Assembly: GCA_973895155.1 (NCBI GenBank)
Contig: OZ316892.1
Coordinates: 14,934,861-14,998,860 of the forward strand
Length of the DNA stretch: 64,000 nucleotides
Source of the DNA: Marsupella aquatica
Taxonomy: Eukaryota > Plantae > Marchantiophyta
Direction: 5' to 3'
Shown here: one piece after another, positions 1 through 12,924 of the stretch
How positions within the stretch are numbered: the stretch's first letter is position 1
Layout of the letters: each line of letters starts with the position of its first letter
Position numbers and translations under genes: made by a program
The notes under the pieces: model-generated
What the model was told of the DNA's origin: nothing
The model's database searches: none
What the model saw: the letters and a program-made list of their open reading frames with translations, nothing else

Positions 1-1789
1 TGTTACACTTTCCCATTAAGTGCATATGAAATCGCTCATGCACTTCCACAAATGTCTTGTCAGGTCATACCCAAAATCTTTGTGTGCATGATTCAACTGG
101 ATAAGTGCATGAAATTACAATGTGCAGTTGTCTGCACACTTATCAATAAATGCTTCTCACATGTGTGTTGCAGTAATTGATTAATGCATCTGTAATCTTA
201 TAGACTAAAATGCGTATTTGTTGTTTAGGGATGGGCAACCTGCACTTACAAAGGGTACTTTTACAAAAAAAAATGTTTTATTATTGAGGGACTACACTAC
301 CACCCTGAGTTACCCATGGAATGCAGTTATACACACTGCAGTTATCCACGGTAAACTCTACTGTTACCTTCCATTGATTGTTGACCACTTCAACTATACG
401 AGGGATTGGTACCTTGTACATAGACATTCTAGGGATTCCATGCAATCTTCAAAGTGTAGAATTTATGAACCTATTTGGGACCACCAGGTCTCAAGTTCAA
501 GCCCCTCTCTCAGTGGGTGGTGGTGGAGGGGTAGTTTAGGGGTAGTAAGTGTATAGGCCACTATGCCCTCCAAAATCACTTGCAGATGAAATAGTTCCAT
601 ATCAAACAAAAAGTTTGGACCTTATATGTTGGTTACTCATCATCTTCAGAGTGCTTGATGGCTTTCCTCCCCTCTCACGATCTCCACAAAAAAGACGGTA
701 GTATAGATGAATCCACACTAGCTTGAATGTGTTAGTGTATTCCTTAGCTTTCCCCTAGCCTAAGTTGCAAATGATTGGATGACCTCAAAGGTTTGTTTAT
801 AAAATAGAAATATTTGTGGAAATAATTAATTTATATATACATTTATATAATTTAATTTTTTATAAAATAGATATATTTCTTGAAATATTAGTTTTATATC
901 CCCGTAACAAGTCCATTCCAAAAGTCCTGGCCTAAAGCTTCATCACATCAGCCATTTCCCCCACAAACAAAAACGGTAATTTTGCGGCAACAAATAAACA
1001 CAGCCCTTCATGTTTGTTACTATGCCAGCAAAAATTGTTAGACCTGAGAATGGTGAAAACTTAATGAAACTGGAAATTAACATCTACATCTATTCTATTG
1101 AATTTTGCTCATTTTAGTCCTTCATCCGGTTACAAAATGCATTTGGCAGGAATGAATGACAATAGTTAGATAGTCTGGGTGATTTTTAGTAACCATTTGA
1201 TTATTAATTTTGTGATCAAGGTACACATAAACACATAATTAGATTGCAATAGCCTAAGTGAGAACAAGAACATAGTACAATTATCAATTATACTAGATTG
1301 TCCTTTTTACTTTCCATGGGACTACTTTCCCATGGAGACTACAACTCCACAAGGGTGCGTTATTTCATTATATTCTCATCTCATAAAGATAAAGCACTAT
1401 CCAAAGATAAGGGAGAAGGTAGCGAGAAATTGAGGAGGAGTGCTAGATAAAGGAAAAAAGGAACAAAAATTGAGGAAGATAAGTATGACAAAAGTAGGGA
1501 AAAATAGAGAAGAGAATAAAGTGATATCATTTTGTATTTTCCTAAAACTTGCGTAGTTCTTTAGGGTGATCATGCTACGACTCTGTGATATAATGGCACT
1601 GTCACCCATCTTGCATCTTCATGTTCTCACCTTAATCTTCCTCAAAAATAACACGTTCACAATAATAACCAAAATGACAACATTTTTGTAACAATGACAA
1701 GCGCCATCAAACAATGATACTTTGCATTCTACATTGTTTTTGCGGCACATAAGGAATGAGTTTGCTTGTAGGTTTTTGTGTTTCCTTGA

Positions 1790-2145
1790 TGACTTCCTCT
1801 CACCTCAACATTTTTTTCTCCTTTCAACATCTTTCTTCACCTCAACATCTTCTGTGCAATGCACAAGCACTTTTTGTGTTCCTTACCTCACCACGACATC
1901 TTTCTCTCACTTTCAACATTTTTTTTTCTCAACATATTTTCCTCATCTCTACATGTTTTTCTCACCTTGCCATCTTTTCTCTCCTCAACATATTTTTTTC
2001 ACTTTGACTTCTTTTGCTCACCTCAACATCTTTTTCTCTCATCGACAACCTTTTTCAGACCAACATCTTTTCTTCGCCTCGACAACTTTTTCTCTCATCA
2101 ACAACCTTTTTCACCTCAACATCTTTTGTGCAACACACAGGCATC
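1790..2145 (+). mobile_element. Degenerate minisatellite (unit ~TCACCTCAACATCTTTT) ending in a Helitron-like 3' hairpin; non-autonomous Helitron relic
   Basis: More than 10 degenerate copies of CTCAACAT(C/T)TTTT. TCTGTGCAATGCACAAG (1851) and TTTGTGCAACACACAGGCAT (2125) differ only by transitions from the plant Helitron end CCCGTGCAACGCACGGGCA. The F/S/H-rich ORFs here are repeat artefacts. Confidence 0.55.
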
Positions 2146-3304
2146 GGGCCGGAAATTAACATGCCAAATAACAAAGAACAGGGGCAAGAAAAAACCGAGC
2201 TTGTAACCGTTTTATTTACTTCTTAAATCATAGAAAACAGTTTCTTCAGATATTAAAATTATCTCTGTATTTAATTTATTTATGTACTCACAACAATGAC
2301 TCTGAATGAATTGAAGTGAGACACCATTGTTGGGCTTTTTTGCATGGATTGCATGAAAAGTCCAAGGAGAGGGACAGGCAATATAAAATGCAAAGGTAGG
2401 AACCAATCAGTCAATCTTTTTCTTGATGTGTCATAATATTATAAGGTTTTGGAAGGAACATTTGTTCCACTCCTTTCGGCACCCGTGTTTGTATTGTCAA
2501 AGCATATCTCACCCTCCCAACGCTTCAGAAAATGACTGGGTGTTCCCAAGTTCCCCCAATTTGTGAGTGAGTTGTTCAAACTCTCAAAATGACTCAAAGG
2601 TCAACGAGTGAAAGAATGTGAGACAAACCTAATATTGACTTATAAATATTACGGATTAATGTTCTCTTTGTTTTTGTTTGTATCATTTCACCAGGAGGAG
2701 TTGGAGAAGGGATTTTTTAAAACTATTTAGCCAATTTCAAAACCCACCTACCACAAAAGTTACTATCGTAGTATCATCCTGGCTCGTGCAAAAACTTAAT
2801 AATTAAATATTGTAATTTTTTAGCCAACTCAAAATATTGTAGAGTGCTTATGAAACACCTCATTAATTTTGTGATACAAATTTAAGAATGTTATGACTAT
2901 TTTGATGTAAACACTAACTTTGCAGTGTTATGTGTTATTTTTTAAATCAAAAGTTGCAAAAATTGGAGAACATGCAATAGCTTCTTGACAAGTATCAGAG
3001 CATACACAAGTAGGAGGTCCACAAACCAATTCTGTAGATGAAATGTACTATGGATGTTGCACAATTGCATCCCCGATTGCATCCCATACTAGGATCAAAT
3101 TAAAATAATCAAGGAAAGGGGAAATGTTTGTAATATCTTGGTGCCTTTAGTAACTTTTGTTAGATTCATATGATCAGTGGTTTTAGCATTCAATAGTTTG
3201 CACACATATTGACTTTGTACCAATAAATCTGAACTAGAAGCACTGTCTGATTTCTAGCTCTATCATCTCCTCATTTGGATTCAGACAAAGGCTTTGTTTC
3301 CAAT

Positions 3305-3599
3305 CTCGGGGGTCTCACTATATGGATGCTTCACCATCACCTGCGACGTATGTAGGCCTCAGACCCCCTAAAATGTAAGAAAAAAAGTATTTTTCAACCC
3401 CTATAAAGTTGGCATATTCCAAAAATATTCCAAAAATTTGGTTATAAGGACCCTAATGTTCTTATAAGTCTCAAAATTTGATGTAGAAAACCCTATTGTT
3501 CTTCTCCAAAAATTCTTAAGTCTTCTTTTTGAACCAATAAAATGACCATATATTTCGTCTCACGTGATGTGTCATTTTTGTGGAAGTGAAAACCCCAAG
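3305..3599. mobile_element. MITE, copy 1 of the CTCGGGGG-TIR family
   Basis: Starts CTCGGGGGTCTCACT and ends AGTGAAAACCCCAAG. Colinear with 16591-16863. Flanks TTTCCAAT / TTTTTAAT are a decayed 8-bp TSD. Confidence 0.8.
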
Positions 3600-4252
3600 T
3601 TTTTAATGCATAGACAATTATGATCTCCAAACTTAGAGCATTTGTCCGGTGGCTGATCTTAACATAGACTCTAGAAATTTAGTCAATGACTCTTATTAGC
3701 TATGGTCCTATTAGCATGAAAGTGAATCCAGAACATAAAATCTACCTAATCTATAAAGTAGAAACTAAATGTGTCACATACCCAAAAGTAGGAGACTTCT
3801 TAAAGCATTTTGCTCTGGTTTCAATGCATCATTTTTAGGGACTAGAGCCCTAGCTTATAAGTGAGAAAACATTTCTTCATCCTTTTTTACTCTACAGCCA
3901 TCCAGTTTTACTTTTGTTTATCCGTGTAATTTATTTTCTGCATAAAGTCTCCCCTATAATTAGATTTAAATAAGGCTTTGAAAGAAAATATAAGTACCTC
4001 ATACTATGAGCATCCAACATGTTCGTCTAACGTCGTTAACGGACACAACAAAACTGCTATATCACTACCAATGTCAACCAACCAAGTACTTTACTCACAA
4101 TCACTAAGCTGGATCTTCTGGTTAATTTATTTCTGTATGTGTGCGTGTGGGTGGGGGGTTGCCAGACAAAGGCACAGCCTCACACCTTAGTCGTGTCAGC
4201 TAGTAAGCGATAGTTTACTCAAAAGAGTAAAGGTAAGAATGGTCATGCCAAA

Positions 4253-4325
4253 GCAGGCATGACCAAGTGGTAGCTCACTTGGGTTGGAATCATAGGTCTT
4301 GGGTTCAAATGTTGTAACTGGCTCT
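4253..4325 (+). other. Possible tRNA-derived (SINE head or pseudo-tRNA) relic
   Basis: A-box-like TGACCAAGTGG (4260) and B-box-like GGTTCAAATG (4302) at tRNA-like spacing. The stems are degenerate, so it is not an intact tRNA. Confidence 0.3.
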
Positions 4326-6219
4326 GTTGCCTACCTTTCTGTGGGGGTTCATGGATTTCCCCTTTGAAAATTGAAAATTGAAGAAAAGGTAAAAGGGGTC
4401 ATGTATGAAAAGATGGATGCTATGAGTTATTTTGGAGGGTTGCAATGAAGAGAATTATTACTAATCAAACCAATGTAAAGAATCCAAACAATCAACATAA
4501 CAATTGATGCTGGGATAGAGGGCAAAACTGGAGAAAGACATGAAGCAAAATTCAACCACCAATGGGGTGTGAAGCATTCCACCATCAAAATGATTCCCTG
4601 GGCTTCATAATCCATGCCAGAATTTCAGAACAATGGGCCACCCTCTTATGGGCTGATAGTGCCTCTCACTACTCCATCCTTCTGAAACCCTGGCCAACCC
4701 TCCTTCCACAGACTGCAACCCTCTACTCCACCCCTGTTTTATGATTCCAAATCAACCCACCTCGGCATAGTTAATGCATTGCAAATGACATGGAGCCGGC
4801 AAGTCCGGAGCATACTTGAGCTGCAAATCGCAAGGGCTAGGTGCACCAGGATCTGTTATAACCTGTAAGTATTGTACAGATATCAAACATTTAGTTGTAG
4901 CTTAATGAACCAATGCACAAAGCAGGAGACAATCAGTGCTGCATATGTTCAGCCATGTCACAAAATTATTGTCATTCCGTGCTGCGTATGGTTGAAGCTT
5001 TGTTGGCTGTGTTGTTTATGTGTAAGTTGGGGGTGACATGTTGGAGCAGGTCACCTGGTAGGGGTGGATCCATTCACCAAGATTATTCATATGCCAAGGG
5101 GAGGGGGTTCTACCTTGGAGAATGAACTTGGAGCTTCATTAATATTCCAAATTAAGTTTCCCGACACGGCTAGAGAGTTTTTTAGTGTGGCTATGGTGTG
5201 ATTGAGATGAGTTATGTCAGTTGACATGTAGAGCAACACTGACCAAGGTTTTGCTATCTGTAGACACCGGAGTCCAGCATGGCGAGCAGGTGGGTTTGGC
5301 TTGATTTATTACTATTGAGACTGGGTTCAGTTTCCATGGGATTACTTGCAAGAATAACAATGAGTCAAGATTCCTCAATGACTTGGGGGACATAGAAATA
5401 ATATCTAGAACAAAGGAATAAAAGTAAGAAACAAAACAACCTCCCTCCAATGAGGGTCCCATATGACACACATTATTTTTGGTAAGTAGCTGCCATAAAA
5501 AATAAAAGATACAAAGTTTTTTAAAAGTAGTCTTCTATTACTAATTATTTGGAATATTCTAGTATTATTCTCAAATTTGGTTAGAACACACTATAATTAT
5601 TGTGACTCTCAAAATTGGATTAAAACACACATAATGTTCTTCCAGAAAAAATTATAAGTATTAAGTTAAACCCAACAAGAACTCTAATATACCTTCGTAC
5701 CTGATGGATTGGAAGAAAATAATTGAGTACTCTGGGCACTCGTCTCTTCAACCTGATTCTGGTTGGATCCTTCTATACAAAGTTTTGTCTCACCCAAAAG
5801 AAGCACATCTATTTATTGCTATGCTAACCCTAAGATTGAAATGGAATGCCCCTAAATTGCAATTTTGGACATTGCAATTTAAAGAATAAGGGATTTCCAT
5901 GAGCATCTGCATTTGGCCTCACATCTAACCAGTAATTTTCATCTAGGATTACTTTCATAACCTATGGATGAAGCCTCTAGACCATGACTTGGGGGTGTAA
6001 AGTCCTTGTGGGGGTGGCAATTCAGGGGCAAAAGTTTTGGGTGTAAAAGAACCGGGGGGATATAGTCAAAGCCACTAAAACTTTTGGAGGGAAGGGCACA
6101 TATTTGTTACTTCTGCTTTCTTAGCTTGGCCCGTGCCTTCATTCGTTGGTCTCCACCTCACCCCAGTCATACAACTGGAGTCCAAAATTGTTTTTAACAA
6201 GATGTAGGTAAGTAAATAG

Positions 6220-6920
6220 AGATTAAATTTACATCTGGAGGCAAGTCACCGCTTAGATGTCCTTGCCTAGGTTTGTGTGTACATTCTCCCATCTATCCTA
6301 TAAAGTGTGAACTTAAGTTAGGGTAAGTATTTTTTGCGGTCTAAGTGAAACCTCTGATTTCAAAAGAACTTCGTTTGCTCTGCAAGCTAGGGTCAGCGGA
6401 GCATAATATATATTTTTTGGGCTATACGTAAAGCGTCAGCTTTGGCAGATGTCCTTGCCTAGATTTTGTGTACATTCTCCCATTTATCTTTATCTGGCAA
6501 GGGTGACTATTTTCGGTCTAAAGTGAAACCTCTAAAATATAACTCTTGGAACAAACTTAAAGAGTATCTGGGTTGAGGTGGAGAGCTCCCAATGTTCCTT
6601 CGAAATTATTTCCTTCACCTGCAAAGGGTGACTATCTTCGGTCTAAAGTGAAATTACTCTTGGAACAAAGTTAGAGAGTATCTGGGTTGAGGTGGAGCAA
6701 CTCCCAATGTTTCTTCGAAATTATTTCCTTCACCTTGGTTTGTTGTATCACGTAGACCAGTTCACACAACTCGAGAGTGCAGAATTTTTAAATTAAAATA
6801 AGTTTTTTTCTTTCCATAATAAGCATAGGGTGTAGGTACATCAACATAATTAAATTTACATCTCACGGCCTATCGGCTGCCTAGGTGTCCTTGCCTAGGG
6901 TTGTGTGTACATTCTCACAA
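6220..6920. repeat. Complex direct-repeat block
   Basis: (A/G)TGTCCTTGCCTAG..TTGTG(TG)TACATTCTC occurs three times (~6256, ~6448, ~6884). There is also a ~120 bp tandem duplication at ~6496-6620 / ~6621-6735 (AAGGGTGACTAT...TTATTTCCTTCACCT). Confidence 0.85.
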
Positions 6921-8380
6921 AATAATTAAACGCCAAGCAGGGCAAGCCCCGAATATGTATTAGGATAAAATGCCCCCAGAAGGACACAAGGGCCTCAATT
7001 ATATAAGCAGTTGTGCGAAATTAAAAACGGTTGGTTTGGTGCCCATGCGTCCATGACGTAAGCGCAGTGTACAGCCTGTATGTTAGGTTGTATGCACTGA
7101 TGTAATTATGCTCTTTTGCCCACGGTTTGAGTTGGTAACTCAGGTACGGCATGACTCAACAGGGCAATAAATTAAAATGTTTTTCTAATGTCATTTTTGG
7201 CAGAGTTCAGTTAAAATTTGGTAGCCAGATTAAAAACCCTAAAAAATATTAAACGGCGAGTAGAAACAATCCTACAAAATCTTTGGCTAGCAAGATACGC
7301 TGACTTGGCATGATTACAATAACCTCACTTTGTTAAAATAGCCACTGGACATGCTCTAAGTTTGGAGATCTACAACACTTGGGACCTGGGCACTACAGCA
7401 ATGGTAATCTGGTTCTTGCAAATAACAAATAATGACAAGTCAATCCAGTGCTAGACCTCCCCAAAATGGTGGGGTTGGAAGAATATGGACAGGTTTGGAA
7501 GCACTACCACCCAAAAAATTTACATGATGTATGATGCCCTGCAAACCACCATGTTATCTATTTAATTAGACTGCAAACAGATGTTTTGACCAGATATAAA
7601 AGAGAAACCAGACTGAAAAAAAATTTTGGCTGAAAAAATTAAAATGGCCACCCACAAAAGTCTAAAGCAAGTAAAAATAGCTTTGTGTCATTCAGAATTG
7701 CAAACCAAGGTAGTAGGTCTTCCAGAGCTGGTACTTTCTACTTTGCACAACTGGGCTGTTGGCAGACAGTTGGGGCATGTAGTGCTCTCGAGGCCTAGGG
7801 CACCTTATTGTTGTGCCAGTTCTGTGTGCGAAATGGTATCCACAAATGCGATATTTGAAGATCTTTGGTGCCTCAAGTCTGCTTAATTTTGTCAAGCATT
7901 TCTTGCAAGCCAACACATGTACTGCAGTCACACACAAGCCCCAAGTCTTCTCCTGAGCCACAAATTCATGTCACTCAAGTCCGTGATTTTTTCAGGATAG
8001 GAAGTTTATTTGGCATGATAGTGATGAGGAGGTTGTTGGATTTGAGGTAGATTTTCGTAGACTATGGCGCTATCTACTTGATTGTATATCTTCTTTATTA
8101 TAAGACAGGACAGAGAGGTAATGGGGTCAACAAATCAATTTGCAAAGAATGTGCTGGAATATTGGACCAATGCAATAACCTGGAGTTCATCCAAAATGCT
8201 GAGACACCGACACCTACTTGGTGTCACTGATATTTATTGTTGTTGATTGTTTAGTAAATTCACTTGTAGCAAAATCTAGAATGTCTGTACGAAAACGATG
8301 TGTGGTTCACACTGAAGAGTATCAAGTCATACATTACACTCATTGAAGTTAACTGAAGACCCCGTTAACAAGGACTAATT

Positions 8381-8493
8381 AAGGACATATACAAGGAACC
8401 GGAGAGTCAATGGAAAATAGATGAATTTGACATTGAAGGACATATACAAGGAACCGGAGAGTCAATGGAAAATAGATGAATTTGACATTGAAG
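8381..8493. repeat. Perfect 55-bp tandem duplication
   Basis: AAGGACATATACAAGGAACCGGAGAGTCAATGGAAAATAGATGAATTTGACATTG occurs twice in succession. Confidence 0.95.
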
Positions 8494-9724
8494 TTATCCA
8501 ACGACTTATACAAACAAGACACTTTCCTGGAAAAAAGGGCAAAGAGAGGGTAGATCCAGAAGTGTGAAGACCAAGGGAAAAACCGACTCGGATGCCGAAC
8601 ACATGAAATCCAACAATCGTGTGGAGTAATAAACCTAAGTCTAAAAGACAAACTCTAACACTGAAGTCGAACGAAACAGGACTGCGTTTGACTGTAGATG
8701 ATAGAGAAAAACAAATCCCTAAAGGACTACACCGTCTGAACCGGTTCAAGAGAGCACTACCTCTCCCTGTTAGACTGGTCCACTACGGAACTGATAGCTG
8801 TCTGTTATGGACGTGGGAACCTTGGTCAAATGCGAACCAATCCGCTTTAATGCATTTGCAACGGACATCTGGGCGACCAATTGTCCTCCATAGAAAGACA
8901 GGCAAAGGTGGATCAGAATCTTGTCTAATGACCTCCATATATACTGTTCTTTACAGTGCCCCACTATCAACGTTGTCCGACTCTCTTACTCACTGTCCCT
9001 CGTCGGTGGCTTTGATGTAAACATGCCCTCACTACAAGATCAATAAATCAAATTTTGACTGGTGAGGAAAATAAAGGGAAATCGTGATTAGACATGAGAT
9101 ATACACTGCCCCATCCTTAACCGTGCAGCCCAGAAGCTGACAAAAAACTGATAATTGAGAGACTCTCACAAAATGTGAGCTGCCAGTAGGTGCTTCATGA
9201 TGGTGAAGCCCTAATCCAGAGATATTATTTCTAAGCAAAAGCTTCCTGGCCTTGTGCACCGCTTCTAGACGATCCAAGTTGCGGATAAAAATGACTGCCA
9301 TAAGCATGAAAGAACAGAAAAGCACAAGCGTTGTACTTCAATTTCTTCGTCATAGTAAACACTGTATATTAGGCATATGAAGACTTGATTTCGTGATCAG
9401 ATGGCTCAAAAATTCTATCAGCATTAATCCACCATGGCATCATTATTTCTTACCAGGTACCCGAGTTATACCTGAATGAAGGTCTAAATCATGGGAGATC
9501 TGAACAGATCAGATCCAGATCTACACTCTGTAAAATTGACTGAATAATCTGGAGCAGAATAAACCAGCTATTTGCCTTTTCAGCGGCTAGAAGCATCCTT
9601 AGATATCAACCAGAGTGGCATCTCTTTCCCTTCAAGTCCAATAGCTGGTCAAGGTCTGGAAATATTGGCATCCGGCGAGGATGTTCAATACGGGAACCCT
9701 AAGTCTTCATGAAGAATACCGATT

Positions 9725-12700
9725 TCATAAGTAAGGGCGGAAGTCCAATTCCTTTGGATCCACTGCGATTCCATCAAGCTCATCTCTGCACAATTAATAA
9801 AACCAAACAACCGTTTTAAATCTCAACCACAATCGTAAATATTAACATCAGAATAATAGCTGATCTTGTATGAATATTTCTGTCAATTTCTTCTTCAGGC
9901 AGGAAAGAATTAATTTGTAGGCAATCGCATCTGGAGGCTTCCAAATAAAATTAAGGAGAGCGAAGACAGCACAAGCTCAAGTCCGGTAAGCCATGACACA
10001 GAGCAGTCGGCATAACGTAACCTGAGACAGTCGACATGTCGTGAGACAATCAAACAATCAACCACAAACCATTTTTCTATTACTGCCAAAAGCGTTTTTA
10101 TTGAAGAAACATCAGCTCTCCATGGGAGTAAGCGGTATCCCAGGAAGTCTACCTGCGCTTGTAAGTTTCAATCTTCTCCCTGGCTTCTTTGGTGAGTTCA
10201 ACCAGTTCACCCTTGGCAACTGCAAACTCGACCTCCTCCTCAAGCTTTTCCAGCGCAGCTTCATCCAAACCTAGCCTGCAGCAGGAAGTTAGGAATAAGT
10301 GTGGTCCAAAGTATTATCAAAGTCCCAAGTCATGTCGTCGCAAGTTGCAATTAACAATGTAGCCTCCACAACCTCCCTGTTAGATAAAACGGCATGAGGT
10401 CTAAATGTTGAAGCAAACAGCTGCATTCAGAGCATAACTTCTACTGATCTCCACGAGATGGAACCACACCGTGCTTTACTTCTGAACTCGGATTAATAAA
10501 GCAGCTGTTTGATCAGAATAGATCCAGAACCACAATTGCATGCATGCCATAAATGTGAGGATGGTTGTTCTCTATATTCATAAATAGAGGTGGAAAAACT
10601 GGGAAAAGTTGAGTCTTACTCACTTTTTGTTTATTTCGTCAATCTCCTTAGCAAACAAGGTAATCCCTTTCTGATCATCTAGCAGCAATACCTTTCCCAG
10701 ATTATTCTCCACCTTATCTAGAGCTTCAATCATCAGCTTGTCAGCTCCTAGGTCATCCTGAATACCAGTCCTGCGATCCAGGTACTCCACATTCATAAAT
10801 ACTTCAACCAATATTCGCTTTGTGGCCAGACATTGGCACGAAAACATGTATATTCTAGTGCACTATAGAAAATGACTGCTCTCTGGTTGTCTTTCCAGAT
10901 AACTTCCTGGCATAGAGAGAACCAGTGTTTATCGTAAACTCGCAACTGTAATTAGACACTTTCAACATCTACATACTTGAGGGGTTCGCTGTAAGTACGA
11001 AGGTTCCACCTGATGCCACTCACTAAGCCTCCTTAGGTTCGTGCTATAATATTTCATTACGAATAAAAAGATTTCGGAAGGAATCATGATTTCGATATTC
11101 TTAAGTCCATGATTACTATTATTGAGTAATCACTACATTGAAGCAAATTTGAGGATTTAAACATTCGATTGCAATCGACAGCTACATAATCTAATGCAGG
11201 TAAATCTTAACAGAAGAGCACGGAAGCTCGAGGCTATCCTGCATAAATCTGAAATTGGTGTGTCGGACGTACTCTTGACGCAATTGAGTTTGTAGCTGCA
11301 AGTAGCTTCGGACATCAGAGCAATCGTCTCCTGCAAGGTCAAGCAAGTCCGCCAGCTTCTCGGTGTATGATGGGATCTGAAGCCTTCACGAAGAAAACAG
11401 ATCAGTTCTTCGTACAACCTCAACGAAAAAAATCTGGTGTTTCCACCCAGGCCCTCATTTGGGATCAAACATCTATCAACCGGACAGGCATCAAATGAAG
11501 GATGATCTCTGAGCAGATTAAAACTCCAATAACTTCAGGAAAGACATGTGATTCAAAGGACACTTGGATAGCGACACCTGGCGAATCGCCCTTACTATGC
11601 ATCTAAATTAAAATCTGCTGTGCAAATATAACCTAATGAGATGAGGAACCTTTCTATGTCCTTTCTATGCGCTTCTGACCAACATTTATCTCAAGAAGGA
11701 GCAAGACTAGATGTAATGCACATGAAGTAGCTTAATGTGCGAATGCAAATTTTGAATAAAAATTAGATCAGTTTTCAGTAAATCTTCCGTTCCGAATGAA
11801 TTGGAAGATCGAAGAGCAGCTATTATGCTCACACTTTCCGAGTAAACATGAAAGGATAGATAAATGGGTCGCATGCTAAGCACCTGTTGTTCATATTCGT
11901 CTGCTTGACATATTCAGACAATAAAACAGAGCAATGCGGACTACACTCATTTGGGCAGTGGTGGAATACCGCAAGTGGCACAAAAGCTTTCAGTACGTGT
12001 AAAAAATTCAGGGGGTCATGATCTGGGATTATTAAGGGAAACCACCTCTGTCACTGGAAATTCTTCACCCAGACTTCTGATCATATCATCATAGCAAAAA
12101 ATTGTTTTCTCAAAAGATGTGAGATATCAGTTTGAGATCAATTGGAAAAGATGTCCCATTACTTAGACAAGAAATCTTACTTGTTTCGAATGCCCTTAAT
12201 AGTGTTGGCATACTCCGTCACAGCCTTCGAATCCTCGGGATTAAGAGTAAACTTTGATTTCGAAAGCTCCGAGATGAAGGCTCTAAACTTCGACTGTTGA
12301 TTCGAAAAAACTTGCTTCACAATGTCCTCTGGGCCCAGGAAAATGGAAATTAGACGAGGCCGGCTTTTGCAAGACTGCGAAATGTATTGTACATCATTAT
12401 TTCTCGCTCCACCACTTACAGCTTTCTGAGGTGAGAACCGGAAGTGTGGCTGGCGGTACAGGACGGCCGACTGAACGAGCTGAACAGTACCTTTAACACA
12501 GATGTCGCAGACCTATAATTTAGGGAAATCAACCATGTACACAATGTAAAGCCAACCAACCTGCTTGCGACTGCCCGGACATGCTCCGTGATGTAACCCT
12601 CTGCCCTGCCTGCAACCCTCCCAACCGACCCCTCACCTGCAGCCCAAGTCATGAAACCAAGAGATCCATTGAGCTTCTTTACGCATGATCCCATCCCACC

Positions 12701-12924
12701 CAGTCCCGAAGCTCCACAGCTCCAGCGGCCGGGGGGCTCCGCGGTGGCGACCATAATCCCTCGAGCACCACGTGCCTTCGGAGCTCCCGACTCGATCAAA
12801 TCCTCGTGGAAATCTCGTGATTATCTACCACGAAAGAAAGGAGTGCAAACGAAAACCAAACGAAACAGAGCAGAGAAAGGGAACGCACCCGCAGAAGCTG
12901 CGAGAACGCATTTCGACCGGCCAT
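9725..12924 (-). CDS. MGP1: Mitochondrial ATP synthase 24 kDa subunit (FAd, MGP1 homologue), 7 exons
   Basis: GT-AG exons join in frame: MAGRNAFSQLLR (12889-12924), VRGRLGGLQAGQRVTSRSMSGQSQA (12561-12636), EDIVKQVF...FTLNPEDSKAVTEYANTIKGIRNK (12181-12328), IPSYTEKLADLL..DVRSYLQLQTQLRQ (~11273-11385), TGIQDDLGADKLMIEALDKVE... (~10624-10770), LGLDEAALEKLEEEVEFAVAKGEL... (~10153-10275), DELDGIAVDPKELDFRPYL* (stop at 9725). This parallels Arabidopsis At2g21870 motifs as recalled (TLDPEDPAAVKQYAN, DELGAEAMMFEALEKVE). The N-terminus is an Arg-rich presequence. Confidence 0.92.

Noticed and set aside
1722-2226. Four overlapping F/S/H-rich ORFs
   Set aside because: They are open only because the pyrimidine-rich minisatellite lacks stop codons; no protein-like features.
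6220-6920. CRISPR-like repeat/spacer appearance
   Set aside because: The units are degenerate and unevenly spaced, the 'spacers' are themselves duplicated, there are no cas genes and the context is eukaryotic.
8500-9700. Short ORFs downstream of the FAd gene
   Set aside because: No recognisable motifs or coherent exon chain; probably 3' UTR or intergenic.
12416-12512. Possible extra exon in FAd intron 2
   Set aside because: The available AG/GT pairs introduce a stop or break phase, whereas exons 2 and 3 join in frame directly.
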